Below, piece by piece: positions 7,425-16,647 of a stretch of 44,358 nucleotides of DNA; position 1 is the first letter of the stretch, and the number at the start of each line of letters is the position of its first letter. The notes beneath the pieces are model-generated. The model did not search any database. It worked only from the letters and a program-made list of their open reading frames with translations, and was not told the DNA's origin. A program made the translations under genes and the position numbers. The stretch is from an uncultured Chryseolinea sp. (lineage in GTDB: Bacteria; Bacteroidota; Bacteroidia; Cytophagales; Cyclobacteriaceae): positions 1-44,358 of the forward strand of contig CBIHQM010000001.1 in assembly GCA_966211885.1 (NCBI GenBank), given 5' to 3'.

Positions 7425-8357
7425 ATGAAATCTTTTATTTCTGTACTCATTCTCTATTTCGTATTGCTGGGCGCCAGCAGTCTTTTTGCACAGGAGGCCT
7501 CCTCCAGGAAGATCGTGATCACGGGTGTGCGCTTTGCCTATCCTTTGGTTGAAAAATGGATCGAGGCCTACAAAGTGGCTAACCCCGATGCGGACATCAA
7601 GATCGAACCCCGCACCGTGACCGACCCAAGTCAATACGATCTGCTGATCGAAGCCTATGAGCCCGACGATAAAATAAAGGACAGCCGCGACTTCGTTTAC
7701 CTGGCGCGTTATTCCCTGCTGCCCGTGGCCAACGCAAAATCAACCTTTGCCAAAACCTATGCCGACAAAGGCCTTACCAAGGACAAGATCATCCAAACCT
7801 ATTTCAACGATGTGACCGCCAGCCGCAAGGACGACAAACTGGATCCGGCGTCGTACACCCTGTACACACGTCTCCAAAAAGCCGGCGCGCCCATCACCTT
7901 TGCGCATTATTTCGGCTATCAGCAAGCCAACATCAAGGGACGCGCCATTGCCGGCGCCGACGAGCACTTGATCAAGTCGTTGCTAAAGGATTCCACGGGA
8001 GTGTCCTATGGCGTGCCGGGATTACTGTATGATGTGAAAACGCGCAAACCGCTTGAAGGGCTTGTCATCTTGCCGGTTGACGCCGACAACAACGGCCGGG
8101 TTTCGGACAATGAGAAATTCTACGATAATCTGGACGTGGTACTGCAAAAAGTGGAAGACGAAGCGCCCAAGAATATCCCGGTAGAATACCTGCATTTGTC
8201 TATCGCGAAAAACGGAGCCAATCCTGAAGCCTTGAAGTTTCTCAAGTGGGTACTCGACAACAGCCAGGAGACCCTGCACGATTTTGGTTTCCTGAAGCCG
8301 GAGCCCAAGCGCTTTTTGCCCAGCAAGGAGAAGTTCGACGGCGTGGCCATCAATTAA
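7425..8357 (+). CDS. Periplasmic substrate-binding protein, PstS-like fold with altered ligand site
   Basis: Signal peptide MKSFISVLILYFVLLGASSLFA. ITGVRFAYPLVEKWIEAY resembles the PstS N-terminus. DADNNGRVSDNE loop. The ATG at 7425 is preferred over the ORF-track start at 7275. Confidence 0.75.
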   Translation: MKSFISVLILYFVLLGASSLFAQEASSRKIVITGVRFAYPLVEKWIEAYKVANPDADIKIEPRTVTDPSQYDLLIEAYEPDDKIKDSRDFVYLARYSLLPVANAKSTFAKTYADKGLTKDKIIQTYFNDVTASRKDDKLDPASYTLYTRLQKAGAPITFAHYFGYQQANIKGRAIAGADEHLIKSLLKDSTGVSYGVPGLLYDVKTRKPLEGLVILPVDADNNGRVSDNEKFYDNLDVVLQKVEDEAPKNIPVEYLHLSIAKNGANPEALKFLKWVLDNSQETLHDFGFLKPEPKRFLPSKEKFDGVAIN

Positions 8358-8393
8358 TGTAAATCAAACAACCATCCCCTATAATCCATTTTT

Positions 8394-11300
8394 ATGAAGA
8401 GAATTTTACTGGCGACATCGTTGGTGTTGCTATCGCTTGGGTCGGCCCTGGCCCAGGAAGTCATTAAAGGAAGTGTGAAAGATGAAGATGGCGGTCCGCT
8501 GCCGGGTTCGTCGGTCTATATAAAAGGCACCACAAATTCGGTTCTGGCCGACGCCAACGGCGAGTTTTCGTTGAAGGCCGGCAAACAATTTCCCTTTACG
8601 CTTACCGTGAATCTTGTCGGCTACAAAGCGCAAGATGTCGACATCTATGAATTGCCCGAAGAACCTTTGGACGTGACGCTGAAGATCGACAACGTGCTGG
8701 AAGAAGTAGTCGTGGTCGGCTACGGCGAATTGAGACGTAAGGACATTACGGGCTCGGTTGCTTCCGTTCCCGTGGAATTGAAAGCGCAGCCGGTGAGTTC
8801 GCCTGAGCGCTTATTGCAGGGCGCCACCGCCGGTGTCACCGTAACCCAAACCACCGGTCAGCCTGGCGGGGGTGTTAGCGTGCAGGTACGTGGCAACAAC
8901 TCCATCACGGCGGGATCCGATCCTTTGTATGTTATCGACGGTTTTCCCATCAACAACGACTACAGTGTCAACGACGCCGGCGTGGTGGACGGACCTAAGC
9001 TGAACCCGCTTTCTTTTTTAACTCCCAACGACATTGCCGGTATCGAAGTGTTGAAGGATGCTTCGGCCACGGCCATCTATGGTTCGCGGGGCGCCAATGG
9101 GGTGATCATGGTCACGACCAAAAAGGGAAGCAAGACCGATCGCTCGTCGATCGTGTATGATGGGTATTATGGGGTGCAGGATGTGATCCGTACCGTGCCC
9201 GTATTGAACGGTCGTCAATGGTGGGAATTGCGGAAGGAAGCGTACGTCAATACGCCGAATGGAAAAGCCCCTACGCTTCCGGCAGCGGGTGCGTTCAAAT
9301 ACGATACGATCGGTGAAGGCACCGATTGGCAGAAGGCGGCGTTCACGCAGGCTGCCGTGCAAAGTCACAGTCTCGCTATCTACACCGGTTCCGAGCGAAC
9401 GGCCCTGGCCATTTCCGGCAACTACTTTAACCAGGACGGTGTGTTGAGAAACACCGGCTTCAAACGCTATGCCTTGCGCTTCAGCATCGATCATGAGTTC
9501 AACGAGAAATTCAGGATCACATCGTATGTTACCGGTGCGCAAACCAATGGTAAGATTGCTCCCAGTGCCATAGTGCCCAACCTGCTCCTGACCTCACCGG
9601 CCATCCCTGTCTATGATACGCTGGGCAACTTCGTGAAAAATACGTCCACAGACTCGCCCTTGCAGAATCCCATCAACTCGCTGCTGAACCAGGTCAATGA
9701 ATCGCGTACATCGCGTTTGCTGACCAACGTAGCGGGCGAGTATGAAATTATCGATGGCCTGGCCTTGAAAGTGTTGTTAGGAGCGGATATTGTTTACAAC
9801 CGCCAGAACCGGTACCTGCCCAACAGCACCTATGAAGGCAATCCCTCCGGTGGCGTGGGTACAGGTGGTATCGCTACCGTTGGTTCACAATTTACCAGCA
9901 GTTGGTTGAATGAGAATACGCTGACCTACAGCAAAGTGTTTAACGATAAACACAATTTAAATGTGGTGGCTGGGTTTACAGCCCAAGCCTCAAAGACGCA
10001 GGGCGAAATTGCCTCTGCCGCCACTTTTGCCTTCGATGATCTCACGTACAACGCCCTTCAAAATGGAACGGGATCGCGGACACCGAGTTCCTCGTCGGTG
10101 AATTGGCAGCTGGCATCTTTCCTGGGCCGCGTGAATTATGTGTACAACGAAAAATATTTGCTCACGGCCACCTTGCGTGCTGACGGTTCTTCGCGATTTG
10201 GTTCCGGGAACAAGTGGGGCTACTTCCCTTCGGCAGCCCTGGGATGGAATATAAATGAAGAAGATTTCCTCAAGGACATCCGGCAGATCAGTTTCTTGAA
10301 ACTTCGTGTCAGCGTGGGTACCACGGGTAACCAAGGCATTCCGCCCTACTCTTCCCTGGGACAGATCGCACCCAACCGCTACAATTTCTCCAACACTACC
10401 TTGCAAGGCTATGCGCCGATAACGGTGAACAATCCTTCCCTGGGTTGGGAGAAAACATTCCAGACCAACGTTGGTTTCGACCTGGGCTTGTTCGATAACC
10501 GGGTGAACCTGATCGTCGACGCCTACAACAAGAAGACTACAGACTTGTTGCTGAACGCTGCTGTGCCGGGCACGTCGGGCTTGTCCTTCTACGATCCCAA
10601 CACCAACCCCAGCCAGGCGTCGACGGTTTACCAGAACATCGGCGAAGTGGCCAACAAAGGGATTGAAGTTGCACTGAATACTCAGAATGTGGTGACCAAT
10701 AATTTTCATTGGAACAGCATCCTGATCTTCTCGAAGAACGTCAACAAAATTGTAAGCCTCGGGCCTGGCGTGGACCGTATCATTCCCAACATCAGCCAGC
10801 CCTCGGTGTTGCAGGTGGGCGCTCCGGTGGGATCGTTCTATGTATACCAGACCGACGGAATTATTCAAGCTGAAGAAGCCGGACCCACCGCGCTCACACC
10901 CCAGGCCAATAAATCGGCCGGTGGTCAGAAGTACAAAGACATCAGCGGGCCCAACGGCGTACCCGATGGCGTGATCACGCAAGCGTATGACCGCGTGCTT
11001 ATCAAAAACCAGCCGGGCACAAACTTCGGTTTTACAAACACGGCGAGCTATAAAACTTCCTTTGGCGATTTCGACCTCACGGTATTTTTTCAATCGAACC
11101 TGGGGGGCAAGTTGTACAACAACAACCGCGCAACCCTGGAATTGGGCACGGGCTATTACAATGGATCGGCTGAAATGCTTAACCGGTATACACCCTCCAA
11201 TACCAACACCGATGTGAAGGAAGCCTACCAGGATCCCGCCGTAACGATCTCCGATCGCTTTATCGAAGACGCTTCCTATTTGCGGTTGAAGAATTTAACG

Positions 11301-11516
11301 GTAGGCTATACGTTGCCAACGACATGGACCTCGCGCATCCACATCCAGCGACTGCGGATTTACGGATCGGCACAGAACATCGCTACCTGGACTAACTATA
11401 CGGGTTACGATCCGGAAGCCAGTTTCTCAGGCCAGTCGCTCGTGAACCGTGGCATCGACAACGGCGTGTACCCTAACTCCAAAACCATACTGGGCGGTGT
11501 CAGCCTGACTTTCTAA
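8394..11516 (+). CDS. susC: SusC/RagA-family TonB-dependent outer-membrane transporter
   Basis: LEEVVVVGYG, PLYVIDG, IEVLKDASATAIYGSRGANGVIMVTTKKG, RADGSSRFG, WGYFPS and a C-terminal Phe. Confidence 0.97.
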   Translation: MKRILLATSLVLLSLGSALAQEVIKGSVKDEDGGPLPGSSVYIKGTTNSVLADANGEFSLKAGKQFPFTLTVNLVGYKAQDVDIYELPEEPLDVTLKIDNVLEEVVVVGYGELRRKDITGSVASVPVELKAQPVSSPERLLQGATAGVTVTQTTGQPGGGVSVQVRGNNSITAGSDPLYVIDGFPINNDYSVNDAGVVDGPKLNPLSFLTPNDIAGIEVLKDASATAIYGSRGANGVIMVTTKKGSKTDRSSIVYDGYYGVQDVIRTVPVLNGRQWWELRKEAYVNTPNGKAPTLPAAGAFKYDTIGEGTDWQKAAFTQAAVQSHSLAIYTGSERTALAISGNYFNQDGVLRNTGFKRYALRFSIDHEFNEKFRITSYVTGAQTNGKIAPSAIVPNLLLTSPAIPVYDTLGNFVKNTSTDSPLQNPINSLLNQVNESRTSRLLTNVAGEYEIIDGLALKVLLGADIVYNRQNRYLPNSTYEGNPSGGVGTGGIATVGSQFTSSWLNENTLTYSKVFNDKHNLNVVAGFTAQASKTQGEIASAATFAFDDLTYNALQNGTGSRTPSSSSVNWQLASFLGRVNYVYNEKYLLTATLRADGSSRFGSGNKWGYFPSAALGWNINEEDFLKDIRQISFLKLRVSVGTTGNQGIPPYSSLGQIAPNRYNFSNTTLQGYAPITVNNPSLGWEKTFQTNVGFDLGLFDNRVNLIVDAYNKKTTDLLLNAAVPGTSGLSFYDPNTNPSQASTVYQNIGEVANKGIEVALNTQNVVTNNFHWNSILIFSKNVNKIVSLGPGVDRIIPNISQPSVLQVGAPVGSFYVYQTDGIIQAEEAGPTALTPQANKSAGGQKYKDISGPNGVPDGVITQAYDRVLIKNQPGTNFGFTNTASYKTSFGDFDLTVFFQSNLGGKLYNNNRATLELGTGYYNGSAEMLNRYTPSNTNTDVKEAYQDPAVTISDRFIEDASYLRLKNLTVGYTLPTTWTSRIHIQRLRIYGSAQNIATWTNYTGYDPEASFSGQSLVNRGIDNGVYPNSKTILGGVSLTF

Positions 11517-11547
11517 AATCATTTGCAGACTTTCTACAGATAACGAT

Positions 11548-13164
11548 ATGAAATCTCTTAAATATATTTTTGCTCTTAGTGGGTTGGTAGCGTTGCTCGC
11601 TTCTTGCGGTAAATTCCTGGAAGAAGACCCGAACGGATTCGTCACCACCGACAATTTTTACAAAACTGAAGCCGATGCAGTGAATGCCGTTACCGCGGTA
11701 TACTACCTCCTGAACCAAGGTGGTAACTCGGTGCAAACGCCGTATAACACGTTGTTTAACACGGGCCTCAATTTCGAGTGCGACGATGAGTTTCCCGGTC
11801 CCGGCGCCACTAACCCCGACGTGCGCTCCATGGCCAACCTACTGCATACGTCCACTAACCTCCGTGTGTACGAGTTGTGGCAACAACATTATGCGGCGAT
11901 AAAAAAAGCCAACCTGGCGCTGGACAAAATTCCTGAAATGACCAGCGTGAATGCAACACTGAAAAGTCGTCTCATCGGTGAAGCCAAGTTCCTGAGAGCG
12001 CTGTGGTATTTCAACCTCGTACGCTTGTACGGCGACGTGCCCCTCATTACACACGCTCAGGATGGCGTGACGGCCTCCGACTTTGCCGTCGAACGCACGC
12101 CGTCGGCCCAAGTGTATGACCAGATCGAACAGGATTTGAAAGAGGCGGCCGATGCGCTCCCCGCTTCATATTCAGCACCGGACATTGGACGTGCCACAAA
12201 AGGCGCCGCCATTTCCCTGTTGGCCAAAGTCTATCTGACCAAAGCGTCTCTGCCGTTGAACCTTACGGCACATTATCAGGACGCCATAACAACGGCGGAG
12301 AAAGCGCTTTCGCCGGCAGAGGGTGGCACCGGCACGTTCGGCTATGCCTTGCAGACCGATTTCTCCAAAGTTTTTCTGCCCGCATTCAAGAATAATTCCG
12401 AGCATATTTTCTCCGCTCAATTCAAGTCAGGTTCCAGTTCCAGCTTCCTCACACAAGGAAACAACCAAAACCCCAGGTCGATACGCACGCAAGTTCCCGG
12501 CCTCGCCGGTAGCTATGCCGATCAAACCTGGTTCTATACGGTCGACGATGCCAGCAAGCCCGGTGGCAAAGACAAATTCTTCAGTGTGTTCAAATTGTAC
12601 ACCTCCAAAGACAAACGCAGGGACGTAACCTTCGTGACCAACTACAAAAGCCCTACCAATGGTAAGAAATATGGCGGACTGAACGACCCGGCCATCGCTG
12701 GGCACAAGATCGACTCCATCCCGTATTTCAATAAAACATGGGACCCCAATACGACGACCGTCACCAGCGAGTCGGCTGCGAACGTGGCCATTATACGCTA
12801 TGCCGAATTGTTGCTGATCCACGCAGAAGCCGAGAACGAAGTGAACGGCCCCACGGCCAAAGCGTATGCGTCGCTGAATAAAGTGCGCAAACGGGCCGGG
12901 TTGGATGACCTCACCGCAAACCTGTCGCGTGATCAGTTCCGCGATTCACTGTACCTGGATCGTCGTTTGGAATTGGTGTTCGAATATCAGCGATGGTTTG
13001 ACCTGGTGCGTCAGAAGGACGCCGGTGGCAACTCCATCTTCGTGACAACGTTGAAGGCGGCCGGCAAGCCGAATGCCCAAGACAAACACCGGTTGCATCC
13101 CATTCCCCAACAGGAACTTGAATTGAATCCCAAACTGGCCGGTCATCAGAATCCCGGATACTGA
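11548..13164 (+). CDS. susD: SusD/RagB-family surface lipoprotein
   Basis: Lipobox LASC, plus GEAKFLRALWYFNLVRLYGDVPL, RYAELLLIHAEA, RRLELVFEYQRWFDLVR and a terminal QNPGY. Confidence 0.96.
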   Translation: MKSLKYIFALSGLVALLASCGKFLEEDPNGFVTTDNFYKTEADAVNAVTAVYYLLNQGGNSVQTPYNTLFNTGLNFECDDEFPGPGATNPDVRSMANLLHTSTNLRVYELWQQHYAAIKKANLALDKIPEMTSVNATLKSRLIGEAKFLRALWYFNLVRLYGDVPLITHAQDGVTASDFAVERTPSAQVYDQIEQDLKEAADALPASYSAPDIGRATKGAAISLLAKVYLTKASLPLNLTAHYQDAITTAEKALSPAEGGTGTFGYALQTDFSKVFLPAFKNNSEHIFSAQFKSGSSSSFLTQGNNQNPRSIRTQVPGLAGSYADQTWFYTVDDASKPGGKDKFFSVFKLYTSKDKRRDVTFVTNYKSPTNGKKYGGLNDPAIAGHKIDSIPYFNKTWDPNTTTVTSESAANVAIIRYAELLLIHAEAENEVNGPTAKAYASLNKVRKRAGLDDLTANLSRDQFRDSLYLDRRLELVFEYQRWFDLVRQKDAGGNSIFVTTLKAAGKPNAQDKHRLHPIPQQELELNPKLAGHQNPGY

Positions 13165-13193
13165 TGGATGGGTTGGTGAAGAAATGAAAGATA

Positions 13194-13263
13194 AAGATTA
13201 AGACGTCGTGAATGCGACATCCTGCTCCTCCGTTGGTGGCGGAGTGAGCAGGAGCTTAATCTT
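13194..13263 (+). other. Structured intercistronic RNA element (three-way junction) after susD
   Basis: AAGATTAAG (13194-13202) pairs with CTTAATCTT (13255-13263). This encloses a GTCG/CGAC hairpin and a TCCTGCTC-CTCCG / CGGAG-T-GAGCAGGA hairpin. No U-tract follows. Confidence 0.5.
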
Positions 13264-13286
13264 ACCACATCAAAACAAAAAAAAGT

Positions 13287-13445
13287 ATGACCACTTCCGA
13301 TGTAACCCTTTTAGCCCGGAAGATCCTCGTGGGGATCATTGTAACACTTGTTCCTTTCCTGATCCTGTTCGGCGGACTTTGGTTGACGAAGAACGTGCTG
13401 AACAAGGATCGCCGGGAGGGAAGTGCTGTTCAAACAACAAAATAA
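13287..13445 (+). CDS. Small single-TM membrane protein (52 aa), absent from the ORF track
   Basis: MTTSDVTLLARKILVGIIVTLVPFLILFGGLWLTKNVLNKDRREGSAVQTTK*. It has an A-rich upstream context and one hydrophobic helix, and fills the gap in the operon. Confidence 0.7.
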   Translation: MTTSDVTLLARKILVGIIVTLVPFLILFGGLWLTKNVLNKDRREGSAVQTTK

Positions 13446-13459
13446 AAAACGCATCGCCT

Positions 13460-13621
13460 ATGAAAATGGAATCACACATTGCCAACCGGATCGTCAGAAA
13501 TATCCTGTTGAGCGTTTTCATCTACGCATTGCCCGTACTGCTCATGTTGCTCACGTTCTACTTCACCGGTCAAAAGCCGTGGGAGAAGAAGCCGGTTCCC
13601 GCTGCTCAAGGTTCAAAGTAA
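13460..13621 (+). CDS. Small single-TM membrane protein (53 aa)
   Basis: MKMESHIANRIVRNILLSVFIYALPVLLMLLTFYFTGQKPWEKKPVPAAQGSK*. This is the 3' part of ORF-track 13208..13621 and starts 14 nt after the previous small ORF. Confidence 0.72.
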   Translation: MKMESHIANRIVRNILLSVFIYALPVLLMLLTFYFTGQKPWEKKPVPAAQGSK

Positions 13622-13644
13622 TGCTATCAACCTAAATCAACCCT

Positions 13645-14583
13645 ATGATCAAATTCATCGAAGCCATTTTTCAAAACCTCAGCACGTGGGGACTGCCCGT
13701 GTTGATGCTCATCCTGGGTATAGTCGAATTCTCGTTCGGTCTGTACAAAAAGCATTGGAACACCAATGAAAAGATCCTGGACCTCGTGTGCTACACCATA
13801 CCACGAATTGTCGTGCGGCCGTTGGTGACGTATTTCGCGTTGAAGTTCCTGCCCTATGCGTTGCCGGGGTTGAAGGATACTTTTACATGGGTGCCCTTCT
13901 GGTGGGGCTTTCTCATTCTTTGCGTGGCCGATGACCTGACACAATACTGGTATCACCGCCTGCACCACGAAGTACCCTTCCTGTGGCGGTTTCATCGCAC
14001 GCATCATTCGGCGCCCTACATGGGGATGGCCATGGCCAGTCGTCAGAATGTGATCTACACGATGTTCTTTTCGCAAACCTATCTCACCACGGCATTGGTT
14101 TACCTGGGACTGGGATATCCCGCGTTGTTTGTGAAAGGGATCAAGTCCATCATCACGACGCTCGCCCACTCCAGCATTCCCTGGGATAAACCTTTTTATG
14201 AGAGGAAATGGCTTCATCCGGTGGCTTGGGTGTTGGAGCGCACCATCTCGACGCCGGCGACGCATCACGCGCATCATGCCGACAGCAACGACGATGGCAT
14301 CGGGCATTACAAAGGAAACTTTGGCAACATGTTTTTCCTGTGGGATGTGATCTTTGGCACGGGACTCATCACGCGTCAGTATCCCAAAGCGTATGGCATC
14401 AAACATTATCAGCAGGAGGAATGGTATGCCCAGTTTCTCTGGCCGATCCTGAAATCCAAAAAAGAAGGCAGCGAGTTGGCGGCCAACGGCCCGATGGTGA
14501 AAGAAGATGATGCTCCTGTTCCCGCGACGGCGGAGGAAACCCCCGCTAAAATTGCGGTGTCTTCCGAATTGAAATTGACATAA
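13645..14583 (+). CDS. Fatty acid hydroxylase/sterol desaturase superfamily membrane di-iron enzyme
   Basis: His boxes YWYHRLHH, RFHRTHHS and HHAHH, the NFG…WDVIFGT motif, and several TM segments. Confidence 0.9.
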   Translation: MIKFIEAIFQNLSTWGLPVLMLILGIVEFSFGLYKKHWNTNEKILDLVCYTIPRIVVRPLVTYFALKFLPYALPGLKDTFTWVPFWWGFLILCVADDLTQYWYHRLHHEVPFLWRFHRTHHSAPYMGMAMASRQNVIYTMFFSQTYLTTALVYLGLGYPALFVKGIKSIITTLAHSSIPWDKPFYERKWLHPVAWVLERTISTPATHHAHHADSNDDGIGHYKGNFGNMFFLWDVIFGTGLITRQYPKAYGIKHYQQEEWYAQFLWPILKSKKEGSELAANGPMVKEDDAPVPATAEETPAKIAVSSELKLT

Positions 14584-14607
14584 TACAACCTTATCAACCC
14601 AACCCCA

Positions 14608-16512
14608 ATGAAAACCCCATTTCGTTCCGGGCATAGAAACCTGAAGTTTTTATCCCTGGCTTTGGTAACGGCGCCATTCTTTTTGTCGCCCGCCTTAGGA
14701 CAACAAAATCCGGATGCTGCCTGGAAAGGAAAGATCAGCAAATCGGCAAAGGACTCGCAGCCGTACAAAGTCGAGTACGTAAAGAAGGCGGCCGCCAATT
14801 CGCCCAACATCGTGTGGATCATATTGGATGATGTGGGCTATGGTGCGACCAGCGCGTTCGGTGGATTGATCCAGACCCCTCATCTCGATTCATTGGCCAA
14901 CCAAGGCCTGCGCTACACCAACTTTCACACTGCCGGCATCTGCTCGCCCACGCGCTCGGCGCTGCTCACCGGCCGCAATCATCATTCGGTAGGCATGGGG
15001 TTGTTCCCCCATTTTTATCTCTCCGCCGATTATCCCGGCTACAACGGCCACATCCTTCCGCAGAAAGGCACCATCGCCGAAGTGCTTCACGAAAATGGGT
15101 ACAGCACCTATCAACTGGGCAAGTGGCACCTCACACCCGATGATGAATCGACCGACCTGGGGCCGTTCCTGCGCTGGCCTTCCGGCAAGGGCTTCGATCA
15201 CAACTATGGTTTCCTGGGAGGAGCCACTGACCAGTACAAGCCAGACCTGGTAGAAGACAACCAACACATCAAACCCGACGGTCACCACCTGAATGAGCTG
15301 TTGGCCGACAAAGCGATCAGCTATGTCAAGCGCCAAAAAGAATTAGCACCGGAAAAACCTTTCTTCATCTACTACGCCACCGGCGCCGGTCATGCCCCGC
15401 ACCAGGTGGACAAAGTATGGTCCGACAAATACAAAGGCAAGTTCGATGAAGGATGGGATGTCTATCGCGAGAAAGTGATCGCCAATCAAAAGAAACTCGG
15501 GGTGATCCCCGCCAATGCACAGTTGCCACCGCGCGATCCGTACCTGAAGGCGTGGAAAGATCTGCCTGCGGAAGAGAAGCATTTGTATGCGCGTTTCATG
15601 GAAGTGTATGCCGGCTTCCTCGAAGAAACCGACCACGAGATCGGACGCTTCATCAATTATTTGAAAACCTCCGGCCAACTGGAAAACACGGCAGTGTTTG
15701 TGATGATCGGCGACAATGGTGGAAGCAAGGAGGGACTGGAATACGGCGTGACCACCAAGTCCATTCGCTTTGGTGCTGATGCGATCACGCGCGACGAATA
15801 CAAGAAGTTTATCCTGGGCGAATACGATAAGATCGGTACCAAAGAAGTGGCTAGTGTAGCCAACTATCCCCTGGGCTGGGCGCAGGCCACCAACACGCCT
15901 TTCCGTTTGTGGAAGAGCGATGCCAACGCCGAAGGAGGAACGCACAATCCACTCATTGTCTATTATCCGAAAGTAGTAAAAGAAAAAGGCGGTATCCGTG
16001 AACAATACTCCCACCTGATCGATCTGTTCCCGACCACACTGGAGCTGACGGGCGTCAAGCAACCGGAAGCCATACAGGGCATCCCGCAGGATCCGTTGCA
16101 TGGCACCAGCCTCGCCTTCTCGCTCAACGACAAGACGGCGGCCACGCGTCATACACAACAGTACTATTGCATTTTTGGTAACCGCGCCATTTACAAAGAT
16201 GGCTGGAAGGCTGCAGCAGCACACCATCCTAATTCATTGGAGTTGTTCACCTACAAAGGAGAAACCAAGCCGGCCATTGAAAACAATCCTGAAAAAGAAG
16301 TTTGGGAACTCTACAATCTGAACGAGGACTTTAATGAGTTGAAAGATCTCGCAAAAAAATATCCTGAAAAATTGAAAGAACTGAAAGATCTGTTTGATGC
16401 GGAAGCGGCGAAGTATAATATCTACCCGCTCATCGATATCGAGCATGCCGCGGAGCGATACAAACTTCAGCCGCCGCCAAAAGCGCCGGTGAAGACCACC
16501 GCGTCGAAGTAA
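14608..16512 (+). CDS. Arylsulfatase (Cys-type, formylglycine-dependent, family S1)
   Basis: PNIVWIILDD, CSPTRSALLTGR, GKWHL, GDNG and a signal peptide. Confidence 0.93.
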   Translation: MKTPFRSGHRNLKFLSLALVTAPFFLSPALGQQNPDAAWKGKISKSAKDSQPYKVEYVKKAAANSPNIVWIILDDVGYGATSAFGGLIQTPHLDSLANQGLRYTNFHTAGICSPTRSALLTGRNHHSVGMGLFPHFYLSADYPGYNGHILPQKGTIAEVLHENGYSTYQLGKWHLTPDDESTDLGPFLRWPSGKGFDHNYGFLGGATDQYKPDLVEDNQHIKPDGHHLNELLADKAISYVKRQKELAPEKPFFIYYATGAGHAPHQVDKVWSDKYKGKFDEGWDVYREKVIANQKKLGVIPANAQLPPRDPYLKAWKDLPAEEKHLYARFMEVYAGFLEETDHEIGRFINYLKTSGQLENTAVFVMIGDNGGSKEGLEYGVTTKSIRFGADAITRDEYKKFILGEYDKIGTKEVASVANYPLGWAQATNTPFRLWKSDANAEGGTHNPLIVYYPKVVKEKGGIREQYSHLIDLFPTTLELTGVKQPEAIQGIPQDPLHGTSLAFSLNDKTAATRHTQQYYCIFGNRAIYKDGWKAAAAHHPNSLELFTYKGETKPAIENNPEKEVWELYNLNEDFNELKDLAKKYPEKLKELKDLFDAEAAKYNIYPLIDIEHAAERYKLQPPPKAPVKTTASK

Positions 16513-16647
16513 AAAAGTGCCCGATGGGCGGAGGTAATTGCCATTCCTTCGCCCATTGTGGATTTCATGCCGATGGGGTCTTGTGTGAAACGGGGACCCA
16601 TTCGAACCAGAAGCAAAACATCTTTTAGTGTTAACAAGAACACAATC

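Noticed and set aside
7425..8357. Calling the binding proteins pstS
   Set aside because: The phosphate-binding motifs are substituted and no pstCAB/phoU is adjacent, so the gene symbol is withheld.
13208..13459. 137-aa ORF 13208..13621 as a single protein
   Set aside because: The 5' part crosses the RNA hairpin and overlaps a better TM ORF (13287..13445) in another frame, so only 13460..13621 looks coding.
16524..16628. Short Cys/His-containing ORF MGGGNCHSFAHCGFHADGVLCETGTHSNQKQNIF as a third leader
   Set aside because: The Cys residues are scattered, there is no operator or promoter upstream, and the ATG is buried in a hairpin stem.
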